64,000 nt of DNA from Candidatus Eiseniibacteriota bacterium (GTDB taxonomy: Bacteria; Eisenbacteria; RBG-16-71-46; JABDJR01). A program made the position numbers and the translations under genes. The stretch's first letter is position 1, and each line of letters begins with the position of its first letter. The notes under the pieces were generated by a model. That model did no database searches. It was given only the letters and a program-made list of their open reading frames with translations, and was not told the DNA's origin. The DNA is taken from positions 544,001-608,000 of the forward strand of contig CAVXKA010000003.1 of NCBI GenBank assembly GCA_963762255.1, written 5' to 3'. Positions 9,560-20,168 of this stretch are shown here, one piece after another.

Positions 9560-10704
9560 ATGTCCGTCCCTCGGGGAACCACCACCCCCCTGCGAATCAC
9601 CTTCCTGCTCCCCGGTCCCGGGACGTGAACCCGTCGGCGGGTTCAAGATCGCATACGAGTACGCCAACCGCCTCACCGCCCGCGGACATGCGGTCACTGT
9701 GGTGCACACGAGCCGCGCGGAGCAGAACTTACCTCTGCCGGAGTCGTTGTGGCGCGCCGGTGCCTATGCCGCGCGGAAGTTGACCGGGACCCATGGTCCC
9801 GCGCCCTGGTTCGCGCCTGGACGCGAGGGTGCGCCTGGTTTGGATCCCCTCCTTGAGCGCGGATCATATCCCGGACGGAGACGCGGTGGTGGCCACCGCG
9901 TGGCAGACCGCGGAGTGGGCCACCGCTTATCCCGATTCGAAAGGGAGGAAGTTCTACCTGATCCAGCACGTGGAGACATGGGCCGGCCCCGAGGAGCGGG
10001 TGATGGCTACCTGGAAGCTGCCGCTCGACAAGATCGTTATCTCGCGTTGGCTTCAATCCATCGCGGAATCGCTCGGCGAGCGATCTCACTACATTCCCAA
10101 CGGACTCGACTTCGACGCCTTCGGTCCCGACAACTCGCCGGAATCGCGCCGGCCCGACTCCCTCCTGATGCTCCATCACACCCTCCCATGGAAAGGGACG
10201 CCGGACGGACTCCTCGCTCTGCGGCGGGTCCTCGATCGCCACCCCAAGGCATTGATCCGGCTCTTCGGAACCGGCCCTACGCCGCCGGACCTCCCCAGTG
10301 GGTTTGAGTACCACCGCAGGCCGACTCATCTCCGACTGCGAGCCCTCTACAACGAGGCCGCCATCTTCGTCGCCCCCAGCTTGGCCGAAGGATGGTCGCT
10401 GCCTCCCACCGAAGCCATGATGAGCGGATGCGCGCTGGCCGCCACCGACGTCGGGGGGCACCGCGAGTACGCCGTCCCCGAGGAGACGGCGCTCCTCTCC
10501 CCGCCCTCGGACCCGACGGCCCTGGCCTCGAATCTGCTCCGACTCATGGAGGATGACGCCCTCCGCCTGCGGTTGGCGCGCGCCGGGCTGGAGCATATCC
10601 GGCAATTCACCTGGACCCGGGCGGTGGACGCGTTCGAACAGACCTTATTGACTGGGCGCCCGCGGCCCAATCCTCCATCCACCCGAAATCCGGGGTCGCC
10701 GTGA
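9560..10704 (+). CDS. GT4 glycosyltransferase, WsaF-like (two apparent +1 frameshifts)
   Basis: RITFLLPG...GGFKIAYEYANRL...GHAVTVV, DAVVATAWQTA, FYLIQHVETW, EGWSLPPTEAM. Breaks near 9620 and 9816. Confidence 0.82.
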
Positions 10705-11870
10705 CCTCGAATTCACCCTCCTACGACTCCGGCCCCTCGATCCTCGCCAAGAAGTTTGGTGACCGCCCCCGCGTGGCGATTGTGGCCGACTATCTCAATC
10801 AACATGGCGGTGCCGAGTGGCTGGTCGCGGTGCTGCACACGATGTTCCCGAAGGCGCCGGTGTTCACCCCGATCTTCGACCGGGAGAGCCTGTGGCCGGA
10901 GATTGCCGACGCGGATATCCGGGCGTCCTGGATGCAGCGGCTGCCCGGGTTGAAGCACCATTACCGCAAGTACTTCCTGCTCTACCCGCTGGCCATTGAG
11001 GGGTTCGACCTCACGGAATACGATCTTGTGCTCAGCAGCAGCTGCGCATTCGGCAAGGGAGCCAGAGCCCGCCCCGACGCGTTTCACGTCTGCTATTGCC
11101 ACACTCCCGCCCGTTTTGTGTGGGACTACGAGAACTACGTGCGACGAGAGCGACTGGGGCTCGCCTCCCGGTTCTTTCTCCCGCCTCTCGTCCGGATCAT
11201 GAAGGACTGGGACCTCAAGACCGCCACGCGCCCCGATCTATACCTTGCTAACTCGAACACCGTAGCCGCCAGGATCCGTGACTACTATGGGCGTCAAGCC
11301 ACCGTCGTCGGAGGGCCGGTCAACTGCCGCCGTTTCCACGCCGCGGCCCGACTCGAGCCGTACTTCCTGGTGGTTTCCCGGCTGGTCCCATACAAGCGGA
11401 TCGACCTCGCCGTGGAAGCGTTCAACCGGCTGGGACTTCCGCTCCGGATCATCGGGGATGGACCGGACCGGGCCGTCTTGGAGCGAAGCGCCGGTCCGAA
11501 CATCCACTTTCTGGGGCAGGCCGCTGACTCGGAGGTGGAGCGCATGCTGGGAGAGTGCCAAGCGCTGGTCTTCCCGGGGATCGAGGATTATGGGCTGGCC
11601 CCCCTCGAAGCCAACGCTTCCGGCCGGCCGGTGGTGGCCTTCCGCGGCGGCGGCACGCTGGACACAGTGGTGGACGGGGAGACCGGGCTTCTCTTCGAGG
11701 AGCAGACTCCGGAATCGGTGATGGAGGCCGTCGAACGATCCGCCATCGTTCGCTGGGATTCTGACGCGCTGCGACGCCACGCCTGGCGCTTCGATGTCTC
11801 CGCGTTCAGGGAGCGCCTGTTTGGGATCCTCGCCGAGGTCACCGGGCGTTGCTGGAACCCTCCGGCGTAA
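10701..11870 (+). CDS. GT4 glycosyltransferase
   Basis: GGAEW, CYCHTPARFVWD, SRLVPYKRIDLA, EDYGLAPLEANASG. Confidence 0.93.
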   Translation: MTSNSPSYDSGPSILAKKFGDRPRVAIVADYLNQHGGAEWLVAVLHTMFPKAPVFTPIFDRESLWPEIADADIRASWMQRLPGLKHHYRKYFLLYPLAIEGFDLTEYDLVLSSSCAFGKGARARPDAFHVCYCHTPARFVWDYENYVRRERLGLASRFFLPPLVRIMKDWDLKTATRPDLYLANSNTVAARIRDYYGRQATVVGGPVNCRRFHAAARLEPYFLVVSRLVPYKRIDLAVEAFNRLGLPLRIIGDGPDRAVLERSAGPNIHFLGQAADSEVERMLGECQALVFPGIEDYGLAPLEANASGRPVVAFRGGGTLDTVVDGETGLLFEEQTPESVMEAVERSAIVRWDSDALRRHAWRFDVSAFRERLFGILAEVTGRCWNPPA

Positions 11871-13359
11871 AGATCCCCAGCACGCGCCTTAGATCGTCCA
11901 GTCTGATACCGCCGAACAGGAAGAGGAGGCTCAGGTACACGGCGACACTCGCCGCCATGCCGAGCACGAGCGGCGTCACGCCGGCGCCCGGGTCGAAGAG
12001 CCGGGTGAGCACGACGACGAACAGGAGCGTGGCCGGAACGGCAAGAAGAACCCCGCGCACGTCCCGAACGAGAACGGAAAGCCTGGGGAGCATCGGCAAG
12101 CGTCTGTGGATCACCGGGATCCCCAGCACGGCAGGCACGAGAAATCCGATAAGGACTGCCACTGCTGCACCAAGGATCCCCCACCACTCCACCGCGAACC
12201 AGATCACACCGAGGTGGAGCAACGCCCCCAGGGCCAGAAACACGGCCTGGAGTCCCGGTCGCGAGGCCGCATCAGCGGCGACCGAGGGAAGCGTGAAGAA
12301 GGCTCCGGCCGAGTAGGCGAGGAGCAGTATGCGGAACGACCACGTGCTGGCCTCTGCGAATTCCGGCCCCATCCAGACCCTCAGGATTGGGCCTGCCAGT
12401 CCCCCCAGCACTGCCAACGCTCCGCCCGCCGTCACCGCGATCATCCTCGAGCCGTAGCGATACTGCTGTTGGAGAGCCCCCTCGCGATCGCCGACCATGT
12501 GCGAGGCGACGGCCGGATAGATCGGTGAGGCGATGGCCTCCGCCACCTGGGCCACCCTCTGCGACACCTTCAAGGGAACGGCGTAGAACGACACCTGCGC
12601 CACCGGAAGCAGAACGCCCACGACGATGCGGTCGAGTTGCTGAATCAGCGTCACCGAGATCTGGGCCGGGAACTTCATCCTGCCGAATCTCAGGAGGGCA
12701 ACTACCGAACGGGCGTGCCAGCCAGGGAGGATGTTGACCCCCGGCAGGAGCTTCCTGGCGACCAGCATCAGGTAGAGCAGTATCCCAGCGGTTCCGGCGA
12801 CGTAGACCGCGACCACTTCCCGAAGTCCTCCACCCAAGCGGAGCGCAAGGACTACGAAGAGGTACTGCCCGCTCAGGAGGAGAATCGACCGCATGGCCAA
12901 GAGATCGAAGCGGTGCAGCGCGGAGGGCACGGCAGCGTAACTCAGCCCGAGAAAACCGAGAGGAACGGAGAGCGCTGACAGGCGGATCGAGAAGACCGCG
13001 TCCTCCACAAGCCCAGGGGGCACCTGCAACCAATGCCGCGCCAACGGGCTGGCCAGCAACCAGAGCGCTACCGCTCCCACGGACCCCATGAGCATCTGCA
13101 AGGAGACGCCCGATCGAAGGTACCTCTGCAAGGAATCCCGATCGCCACGCTCGTTCTCGGCAGCCAAGAACCGGATGAGGGCGTTTCCCATGCCGAAGTC
13201 CATCGCCGTAAGGTACGTGTTGGACGCGGTGATGATCGCCCAGAGGCCAAAGACCTGCAGGCCCATCCGGTGAACCATGAACGGGGTCATCAAGATGAGG
13301 AGGAGACTTAGCCAGACGAACGATGCCAGGCTCCAGAGGATGTTCCGTCCCAGATTCAT
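11839..13359 (-). CDS. wzx: Wzx-like oligosaccharide flippase (MOP family)
   Basis: About 12-14 TM segments; N-terminal RNILWS, DFGMGNALIRF, QLDRIVVG. Confidence 0.88.
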   Translation of the reverse strand: MNLGRNILWSLASFVWLSLLLILMTPFMVHRMGLQVFGLWAIITASNTYLTAMDFGMGNALIRFLAAENERGDRDSLQRYLRSGVSLQMLMGSVGAVALWLLASPLARHWLQVPPGLVEDAVFSIRLSALSVPLGFLGLSYAAVPSALHRFDLLAMRSILLLSGQYLFVVLALRLGGGLREVVAVYVAGTAGILLYLMLVARKLLPGVNILPGWHARSVVALLRFGRMKFPAQISVTLIQQLDRIVVGVLLPVAQVSFYAVPLKVSQRVAQVAEAIASPIYPAVASHMVGDREGALQQQYRYGSRMIAVTAGGALAVLGGLAGPILRVWMGPEFAEASTWSFRILLLAYSAGAFFTLPSVAADAASRPGLQAVFLALGALLHLGVIWFAVEWWGILGAAVAVLIGFLVPAVLGIPVIHRRLPMLPRLSVLVRDVRGVLLAVPATLLFVVVLTRLFDPGAGVTPLVLGMAASVAVYLSLLFLFGGIRLDDLRRVLGIFTPEGSSNAR

Positions 13360-13719
13360 GGGTTGGGATCTAGGAATCGATCCGCGGGCGAGGCCGCCGC
13401 TACGATCTCATCAGGTTGGATCACCATCAGCTCCCGGAGACCTCGCGGCGCGGGCGTTCACCACGGCGGGGCCCATCGCGAGGCACTCAAACCTGGATCT
13501 TATTGCTATGACACCAGTTGAGCCGGCGAAGCTACCACGCGGCACTTCGCGCAGCAAGCGAAAAGGGCGCCATGGCCGGCCTGTCCACGAGGGAGTCGTC
13601 GATCCACTCCTGCATGCTAGGATGTCCGCCGCCGGGAGCATCCCGACCATCCGACTCTTGTGGCAGGAGACAATCCGCAGGACCCCCCGGGTCCCCGAGG
13701 AGGTTGCCGAGGCTTGAGC

Positions 13720-15057
13720 ATGTCCCGGGCGGACACTCGAACGGCGTTCTTCGCCGTCGGACTCGTCGCCTTCCAGCTCATCCTCATCCTCGCTGCGGTC
13801 CTCGCCGGCCCGGACAATACCGGTGCAATGCTGGTCCTCTTGGGTGGAGGCGCGTTGATTCTCGCCTGGGCGGCGCTCATCACCCCCGCCGGAATGCTCC
13901 TTCTTGCAGTGCTCTGCATAGTGCTTCCGCTGAGCTTCCTGACTTTCTTCGTGTTCGAGTGGCTGCTCATGGCGGCCCTGGCGGCTTCGGCGCTGCTCCA
14001 TGCGGTTAAGCGGAGGACTTGGCCGGCCCCGTCGGCGATGGAGCTCCTGTGGGTCCTTTACGTGGGCTGGGCCGTAGTCACCGCAACCCATGCCGCCGAC
14101 ACGTACACGGCCCTGCAGGGGTTGAGCCGGATCCTGGTGGCGGGAATGGCTTTCGTAGCCGGTTACCGGATCCTGGGCGACCGTTGGTCGCGGGCGTTGG
14201 TACGCGTCATGTCTGTGCTTGCTTTCGCGGTCGCCGTCCAGCTCGTGGGCACCATCCTTACCCATGGATTCTCGATGGCGCTCATCACCGCCCGAGCTTC
14301 CTCGGTCACCAATCTGGGCTGGGGGGCGTCCAACTATGTGGCCGCAGTGGCGTCCCTGGCCGCGGCTTGCGCAATCACGCTCCTTCTGTTCGGAACGCGC
14401 CACGAGCGCGTGATTGGTGCCCTGGGGGTCCTGGGCGCCTTGATCGTGCAGGTCACCACCTTGTCCCGCGGAGGTGCGGTGGCCTTGCTTGTCGGCCTGG
14501 CCCTGGCAGGGCTCGTGGAAGCGCGCCGGCGGCTCCTCGCCGTCGTCTTGGTCGTCTCGGGGGTGGTCGCCGCTTACCTGTTCTCTCCGCTTGGCGCGGC
14601 GACCCTCGCGCGGTTCACCAGCACTCAAGGGCTGGCATCGATCGGGGCACGCCTTCTCTTCTACCGCGAAGCATGGTCCATATGGAGGTCGCATTGGATC
14701 GCCGGGGTGGGACCCGACCAGATCCCCTACCACACACCGATCTTCATCGGGGCCAACCCCCACAACATCATTCTCAAGCACTTGGCGGATCTGGGGGTGG
14801 TCGGCCTCGCGCTCTATGTCGCCCTGTTCGCGATCATGATCTCAAAGGCGATCCGAGCGCGCCTTCACGCCCGGGACCGCGAGGGCTTGACCCTTGCCAT
14901 AGCCATGATCGTCGCGCTCGGTGTAGGGGTCGCTAACGCTCAATACGAGCCGACCCTTGAAGGGAACGTGTACGGCTTCCTGTTTTGGCTCCTTATGGGA
15001 AGCCTGTCGCGGCAGGCGGAGCGGACGTGCAAGGCGGACAGATCGGCCACCGCATGA
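13720..15057 (+). CDS. O-antigen ligase/polymerase-family membrane protein (Wzy_C)
   Basis: Multi-TM; TTLSRGG, RLLFYREAW...GVG, PHNIILKHLADLGVVG. Confidence 0.87.
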   Translation: MSRADTRTAFFAVGLVAFQLILILAAVLAGPDNTGAMLVLLGGGALILAWAALITPAGMLLLAVLCIVLPLSFLTFFVFEWLLMAALAASALLHAVKRRTWPAPSAMELLWVLYVGWAVVTATHAADTYTALQGLSRILVAGMAFVAGYRILGDRWSRALVRVMSVLAFAVAVQLVGTILTHGFSMALITARASSVTNLGWGASNYVAAVASLAAACAITLLLFGTRHERVIGALGVLGALIVQVTTLSRGGAVALLVGLALAGLVEARRRLLAVVLVVSGVVAAYLFSPLGAATLARFTSTQGLASIGARLLFYREAWSIWRSHWIAGVGPDQIPYHTPIFIGANPHNIILKHLADLGVVGLALYVALFAIMISKAIRARLHARDREGLTLAIAMIVALGVGVANAQYEPTLEGNVYGFLFWLLMGSLSRQAERTCKADRSATA

Positions 15058-15989
15058 CCACGCCCGAGGTCTCCGTCGTCATCGTCAGCTATGGCACGCG
15101 CGACCTCACCCTGGCCGCTTTGGATTCAGTGCGGGAAGTCTCCGAGTGTGTCGCGCTCGAGGTGGTGGTGGTGGACAACGCTTCGCCGGACGACAGTGCC
15201 GCCCGGATCGCCGAGGCGCACCCATGGGCGACTCTGATCCGCTCCCCGCGAAACCTGGGATTCGCGGGCGGAGCCAACCTCGGTGCGGCCAGGGCCACCA
15301 GCGAATGGCTCCTCTTCCTCAACTCGGACGCCCGGCTCCTGGAGGACAGCCTCCCCCGGCTCCTGGACGCCGCCGGCTCGGTGGCCACGCCGGGGGCGAT
15401 CGGGCCGCTCCTCCTGGGCCCGGACGGCCCCGAATCATCGGTCGGGCACTTCTACGGACTTCGAAGAGATTGGGCTCAGTTCCTGCGACTGGGACGCATC
15501 TTTCCGGGAGTCCGTGCGCTGGACGGGATCTTCTTGGGCAGGCTCCCCGAACGTCGCGCAGCGGTGGAGTGGATCACGGGGGCGTGTCTCCTCGTTCGTC
15601 GCGACACGTTCTTCTCGGTGGGCGGCTTCGACGAGGCGTACTTCATGTACGTCGAGGACATGGATCTATGCTTCCGGCTCCGTCGCGCGGGCTGCACCAA
15701 CCTCTTCGCCCCGGACGCGGTCGTCCGACACGAACTCGGCGCCAGTCCCCGCGAACCGCGTTTCCTTCTGGAGGGTGGAACCAGCCCCGAGTACTTCGTC
15801 CGCAAGTTCGACCTTCCCTATCCGTGGCTACTCCAGCGAAGCCGGCGGGTACTCGGTCTTACCTTACGGATGGCGGTTCTCTGCACGGGGTACTTGGGAA
15901 GACGCCTGCGAGGCGATCCCGCCTCCGACTTGCGCTCACGTATCGCGATGTCCCGCCACACCCTGGTCACACTTCTCAGTCGGCGGTGA
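15054..15989 (+). CDS. GT2 glycosyltransferase (WbbL-like)
   Basis: VSVVIVSY, VVDNASPD, NLGFAGGAN, LFLNSDA, GGFDEAYFMYVEDMDLC. Confidence 0.93.
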   Translation: MTTPEVSVVIVSYGTRDLTLAALDSVREVSECVALEVVVVDNASPDDSAARIAEAHPWATLIRSPRNLGFAGGANLGAARATSEWLLFLNSDARLLEDSLPRLLDAAGSVATPGAIGPLLLGPDGPESSVGHFYGLRRDWAQFLRLGRIFPGVRALDGIFLGRLPERRAAVEWITGACLLVRRDTFFSVGGFDEAYFMYVEDMDLCFRLRRAGCTNLFAPDAVVRHELGASPREPRFLLEGGTSPEYFVRKFDLPYPWLLQRSRRVLGLTLRMAVLCTGYLGRRLRGDPASDLRSRIAMSRHTLVTLLSRR

Positions 15990-17043
15990 GTGGACGGCCG
16001 CGCGCGGACAACTGGGGATACAGCGCCTGAAGTTTCGCGTCGGTGAAGAGCAATAGCACGCCGCCTTCAACCGGATAGGATCTTGAGCACGAAGAACAGA
16101 CGAAGACAGCGCCCTCATCCCTCAATCGGATTTCCTTCCCGACCTCCCTGCACGTAGGACAGCCGAGCGCATCCTGGATGGCACCGTTCGCATGGCGGTC
16201 CCCTCCGCTCTTTCTACAAAGCCCGCTTATGTTGCCGCCCAGAAGATAGGCGGCGGCGTACTTCACGCGGAAGCGCGATCCGTACAGTCCCACTCTCGAC
16301 GACGGCACCCGCGGAATCTCCAGGGTTACGTTCCTCTCGTCGAAGCACTCCAGGGCCCGCCGCCACGTCTTGAGCGTAATGTCGTCATTCTCGATGATTC
16401 CGTAATCTTCTTCGTTGCACCGGACGGAGGAGAAGACGGCGTCGAGCAGCCTTCGTGCGTTTCCGCGGGTCAGCGACTTTCGCGAGTAGGACTTGTCGCG
16501 CCTATACAAGGGCATTCGCAGCCGGCGCATGAACGGCTCCTCGTCGAAGAAGAACCACCCTCCCGGTGCCATGACCCGGTGAATCTCCTTCGTGATGGGA
16601 GCGGGATCGGGGAAGTGATGCAGAGTCTCGTAACAGAAGACGAAGGGCACGGAGTCGCTGAGAAACGGAAGCTGGTTGGCGTCGCAGCACACCCGTAAGG
16701 GAGAGCGGTCTCGCTTGAATACACCGCGGTAGTAATCACAGCTCTTGAGCATGTCGAACGAGATGTCGACTGCCGCACCTTCCGCGACCAAGTCGTTCTC
16801 CATGACCAGCGACCGCTGGCATCTTTCGGCGCCGACCTCAAGATACGGCGATAGGGTGATGCCACTCGCTCGCAGTTCATGCATCCGGTTCAAGGTCTTG
16901 GTCATTCTCTCGTCCAGGATTCGCTCGATGCCCTCCGAGTCGTATTCATCGTCGAAGATCCGCTCCCGCTCGACCTGTTGCCGGTAGAGCCCCCTTCTGA
17001 ACTCGATCTCACCCCGTTGGCTGTCGATGTCTTGCGTGCTCAT
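15976..17043 (-). CDS. Class I SAM-dependent methyltransferase with a C-terminal Trm112-like Zn module
   Basis: LEVGAE, AVDISFDML, CDANQLPF, LHHFPDP...EIHRVMAPGG; C-terminal CPTC...CSSC...YPVEGGVLLL. Confidence 0.82.
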   Translation of the reverse strand: MSTQDIDSQRGEIEFRRGLYRQQVERERIFDDEYDSEGIERILDERMTKTLNRMHELRASGITLSPYLEVGAERCQRSLVMENDLVAEGAAVDISFDMLKSCDYYRGVFKRDRSPLRVCCDANQLPFLSDSVPFVFCYETLHHFPDPAPITKEIHRVMAPGGWFFFDEEPFMRRLRMPLYRRDKSYSRKSLTRGNARRLLDAVFSSVRCNEEDYGIIENDDITLKTWRRALECFDERNVTLEIPRVPSSRVGLYGSRFRVKYAAAYLLGGNISGLCRKSGGDRHANGAIQDALGCPTCREVGKEIRLRDEGAVFVCSSCSRSYPVEGGVLLLFTDAKLQALYPQLSARGRPLTAD

Positions 17044-17140
17044 TCGATCTGCGTATCTCCTTCGGCTGTCCGATCGTCCTTGCTCGAATCGAGGAGGCCC
17101 CCATCCCGCCGACCGAGGTCCCCGCCGCGATAGGCCCTGT

Positions 17141-18184
17141 TCAGATGTGGGCGAGAAGCACGTCCCTGGTTCGGGCGGCAACGTCATCGAAGCTGAAGCG
17201 GCGCGCCCGCAGCGGTCCCGCCTCGCTGAGTCGGCTGCGCAATTCCGGGTCGCTCACGAGTCGCTCGAGCCCGGCAGCGATGGACCCGACATCCAGGGGG
17301 TCGACGTAGAGAGCGGCATCTCCCAGTACTTCGGGAATCGAAGCCGCCGAGGAGGCCAGAACCGGCGCCCCGGCCGACAGGGCCTCCAGAGGCGGGGCGC
17401 CGAACCCCTCGTAGAGCGAGACATACGCGAAGACCCGCGCCCCGGTGAGGAGGGCAGGCAGGGCCCGGTCCTCCACTCGTCCCAGCCAGCGCACGCCGGC
17501 GATGTCCGCCGGAAACGTGGCGCTCTGAAACGCACGCTGGTTCGGGCGGTCTCCTGCCAACGCCAGCACGACGTCCGCAGGTAGGCGCGCACGGCAGTAT
17601 TCCCATGCCTTGACGAGCCTATCGATGTTCTTTCGAGGCTCTATAGAGCCCAGGTAGAGCACGTAGCGGTCAGGGGCAAGGCCGTACTGGTTGCAGATGC
17701 GCAGAACTTCTTCCGGGGGACGGGCTTCGAAGCCGATGGGGACCGCACTGGGAATGACGGTGATCTTTGCATCCGGCACTCCGGTGAGCGCGGTGATGCG
17801 GCCCCGGCTGAACTCGGAGACGGTGATGATGTGGCGGACTCGTCGGGCCAATCGCGGGATCAGCCAACCCGCGTAGCCAGCGAACTGGCCCCGGAACCAC
17901 TCCGGGTGATCCAGCGCCGCCATGTCGTGAAGGGTGAGCACTTGGTGCTCTACCGAGAGCGGTCCCGTGTTGGCGGGGCTCCACAGCAGGTTTCTACCGG
18001 CGCGCGCCGGCAGGACGAGTTGTTCCCATGCCTGGTTGAGAACCGGGGCCATGTGGAAGTCCGGTTGCACACGCCGGACCGAATCTCCCAGCCGCGTCAC
18101 GATCTCCCGGGTATAGCGATGGAGTCCGGTAAGCGGGTTGAGCAGGACCCGCGTGTTGACCGCGATCGAGGGAGACTGTCTCAT
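17141..18184 (-). CDS. GT4 glycosyltransferase (MtfB-like)
   Basis: TLHDMA, ITVSEFS, GSIEPRKNI, YEGFGAPPLEAL. Start codon uncertain. Confidence 0.92.
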   Translation of the reverse strand: MRQSPSIAVNTRVLLNPLTGLHRYTREIVTRLGDSVRRVQPDFHMAPVLNQAWEQLVLPARAGRNLLWSPANTGPLSVEHQVLTLHDMAALDHPEWFRGQFAGYAGWLIPRLARRVRHIITVSEFSRGRITALTGVPDAKITVIPSAVPIGFEARPPEEVLRICNQYGLAPDRYVLYLGSIEPRKNIDRLVKAWEYCRARLPADVVLALAGDRPNQRAFQSATFPADIAGVRWLGRVEDRALPALLTGARVFAYVSLYEGFGAPPLEALSAGAPVLASSAASIPEVLGDAALYVDPLDVGSIAAGLERLVSDPELRSRLSEAGPLRARRFSFDDVAARTRDVLLAHI

Positions 18185-18300
18185 GCTCCGCCTCACCACC
18201 CCTTCGTGCTTTGAATCCATCGTAGAAAGATAGCCAACGCCGGCCACCGGCGACAACCGACACCTGAGATCGAGATGAAGCTCTCGGTGCGCGTCCGGGC

Positions 18301-20067
18301 ATGGGGGTTCGCCTTGACCACCGGAACTCAGGTGTATCTAATACCAGGATGGTCGAGGATGGCGGCGTGGGTTGTGGGAAGTCATCGGGGAGAATTGAGG
18401 AAGGACGGGGCCGCCGTCTTCTTGTCGCTTCATTGGTCCTTCTGAGCGGGTGGATTCTCGTCAACGTCTTGCGGATGCTCTGGCAGCCGCTGATCATGGA
18501 CGAGGTGGACTTCATGGTCGCGACCATGGCTTGGCCCCTCGACGCAGCCGCTGTGCCCCATCCCCCAGGCTACGTCCACCTCTTGCGACTCCTCTTCTCC
18601 GTCTTGGGCCGGGCCGATACGGTCGCCCGGCTTCCCGGAATCGTCTGCGCCCTTGCGACTCTGTGGTGCCTTCCGGCCGTGATACGCAGGGTCTATCCAG
18701 CCTCCCCAGATCGAGGCGTCACGACCCTAATGGCGGTATGGTTCCTGGGGCTGGCTCCCATGACGACGCAGAGCGCGATGCTCGTAGATATCGACAACAC
18801 GGTCATGATGCCGGTCCTTCTGTTCCTCTTCCTGCTCTGGTTTCGGTGCCGGGACGACGGAGGCCGGTGCTCGATAGCCCTGTTCGGAGCCGGGTTCGCC
18901 GCCGCCCTCTGGGTGAAGTTCCCTCCGCCCGCATTGTTCATCATCGGCGTCGGCCTGGAGACCCTCTGGAGCAAGGACTGGAGAGCACTCGGCCGACTAG
19001 TAATGGGGGGCCTACTGGGGGTCGCCCTGTTCGCCCTTACCTTTGCCCTGGAGACGTTAAAGACCGGTTTCGGGATGGCCCAGATGAGCGGGAGCTTCGC
19101 CAAACTCATGCTCCTCACCCAGTGGCATCGCATCCTGATAACTTTTCCTCAGACCATGGGGGTCTTCGTCGTGTGGCTTGGCGTCCCGTTGTCGCTGCTG
19201 GCCGCGGCGGCCATTGCCCGGGTCTTGTCGCGGGGCCGCAGACCCCTGAACCATGCGGAACGTTCGCTGGCCGTGTTCGCTCTCATCTCCTTAACGTTCT
19301 ACGCCTTCGCCAATGCTCCTTCTTACGGGTATCCCAAGTACCAGTCGGTCACAGTTCCCATCCTGGCCGTGCTCGCCGCTCGCCTGGTGGCGAGAGGCTG
19401 GAAGCGCCATCCGCAGATCTCGTGGATTCTGACCTTGTTGGCGGCGGGGGCCACGCTGCTGATTGGACTTCTATCCGGTGATCCGATGCTGAGATTTTTC
19501 CGAGTCACTCAGGAAACAGCGATTGGGGAACTGGCCACGCGCATGACGCGGGCGGGAGAAGCAGTCTGCCTCACTTCCATTCCGAGCTTCGCCGTACTCC
19601 TGGTCGTGGGATGGGTCGCGATCCGGAGGAAGATCCGGTTCAGCGATCTCGCTTGGGTGGGTTTGGCCGCGACCGTGCTCGGGCAGTCCACCGTCACCCT
19701 GATCGCGCAGAGCGGAGCCCAATACAGTACCCGCTATCACTACGGAGCGGACTTCACCACGTACCTGGAGGCGTGCCAGGAACTCGAGTCCCGGCTTCCC
19801 CCGAGGACATTCGTCATCGCACCCAAGGACATCATGCACCATGGGGGATTCCGCGGCAGGTTCGTGACCGAGATCGTCCGGGAAGATCAAGGGCCGGACA
19901 CTCTTCTTGCCGTCATGTCATGCAATGACGTGAGGGCGCTGGTACTCAGTGGGCGTGAGCAAACGCGGGCCCGGGTGACGCTGGACGACCCCCAGGTGGA
20001 CACCCTGTTGAGAGGGCAGTTCATCTCGAGCCGGGTGGGAGAGTATCTCCTCTTACTCCGGCCTTGA
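18301..20067 (+). CDS. GT-C fold membrane glycosyltransferase (PMT/ArnT-like)
   Basis: TM followed by IMDE, HPPGY, ARLPG; WVK motif; many TM segments. Start codon uncertain. Confidence 0.75.
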   Translation: MGVRLDHRNSGVSNTRMVEDGGVGCGKSSGRIEEGRGRRLLVASLVLLSGWILVNVLRMLWQPLIMDEVDFMVATMAWPLDAAAVPHPPGYVHLLRLLFSVLGRADTVARLPGIVCALATLWCLPAVIRRVYPASPDRGVTTLMAVWFLGLAPMTTQSAMLVDIDNTVMMPVLLFLFLLWFRCRDDGGRCSIALFGAGFAAALWVKFPPPALFIIGVGLETLWSKDWRALGRLVMGGLLGVALFALTFALETLKTGFGMAQMSGSFAKLMLLTQWHRILITFPQTMGVFVVWLGVPLSLLAAAAIARVLSRGRRPLNHAERSLAVFALISLTFYAFANAPSYGYPKYQSVTVPILAVLAARLVARGWKRHPQISWILTLLAAGATLLIGLLSGDPMLRFFRVTQETAIGELATRMTRAGEAVCLTSIPSFAVLLVVGWVAIRRKIRFSDLAWVGLAATVLGQSTVTLIAQSGAQYSTRYHYGADFTTYLEACQELESRLPPRTFVIAPKDIMHHGGFRGRFVTEIVREDQGPDTLLAVMSCNDVRALVLSGREQTRARVTLDDPQVDTLLRGQFISSRVGEYLLLLRP

Positions 20068-20168
20068 GAGCACAGAAGCTTCCTGGCTTCCCTCACGTGC
20101 TCCGGAGTCCTGCAGTCCCCCCCAATTCAGTTGACGCCCCCCGCCCTCCCTCCTGAATATTGTCCCCG

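Noticed and set aside
13360-13719. Small gene or ncRNA in the wzx/ligase divergent intergenic region
   Set aside because: The overlapping ORFs lack credible composition, and I recognised no RNA motif or JUMPstart/ops element.
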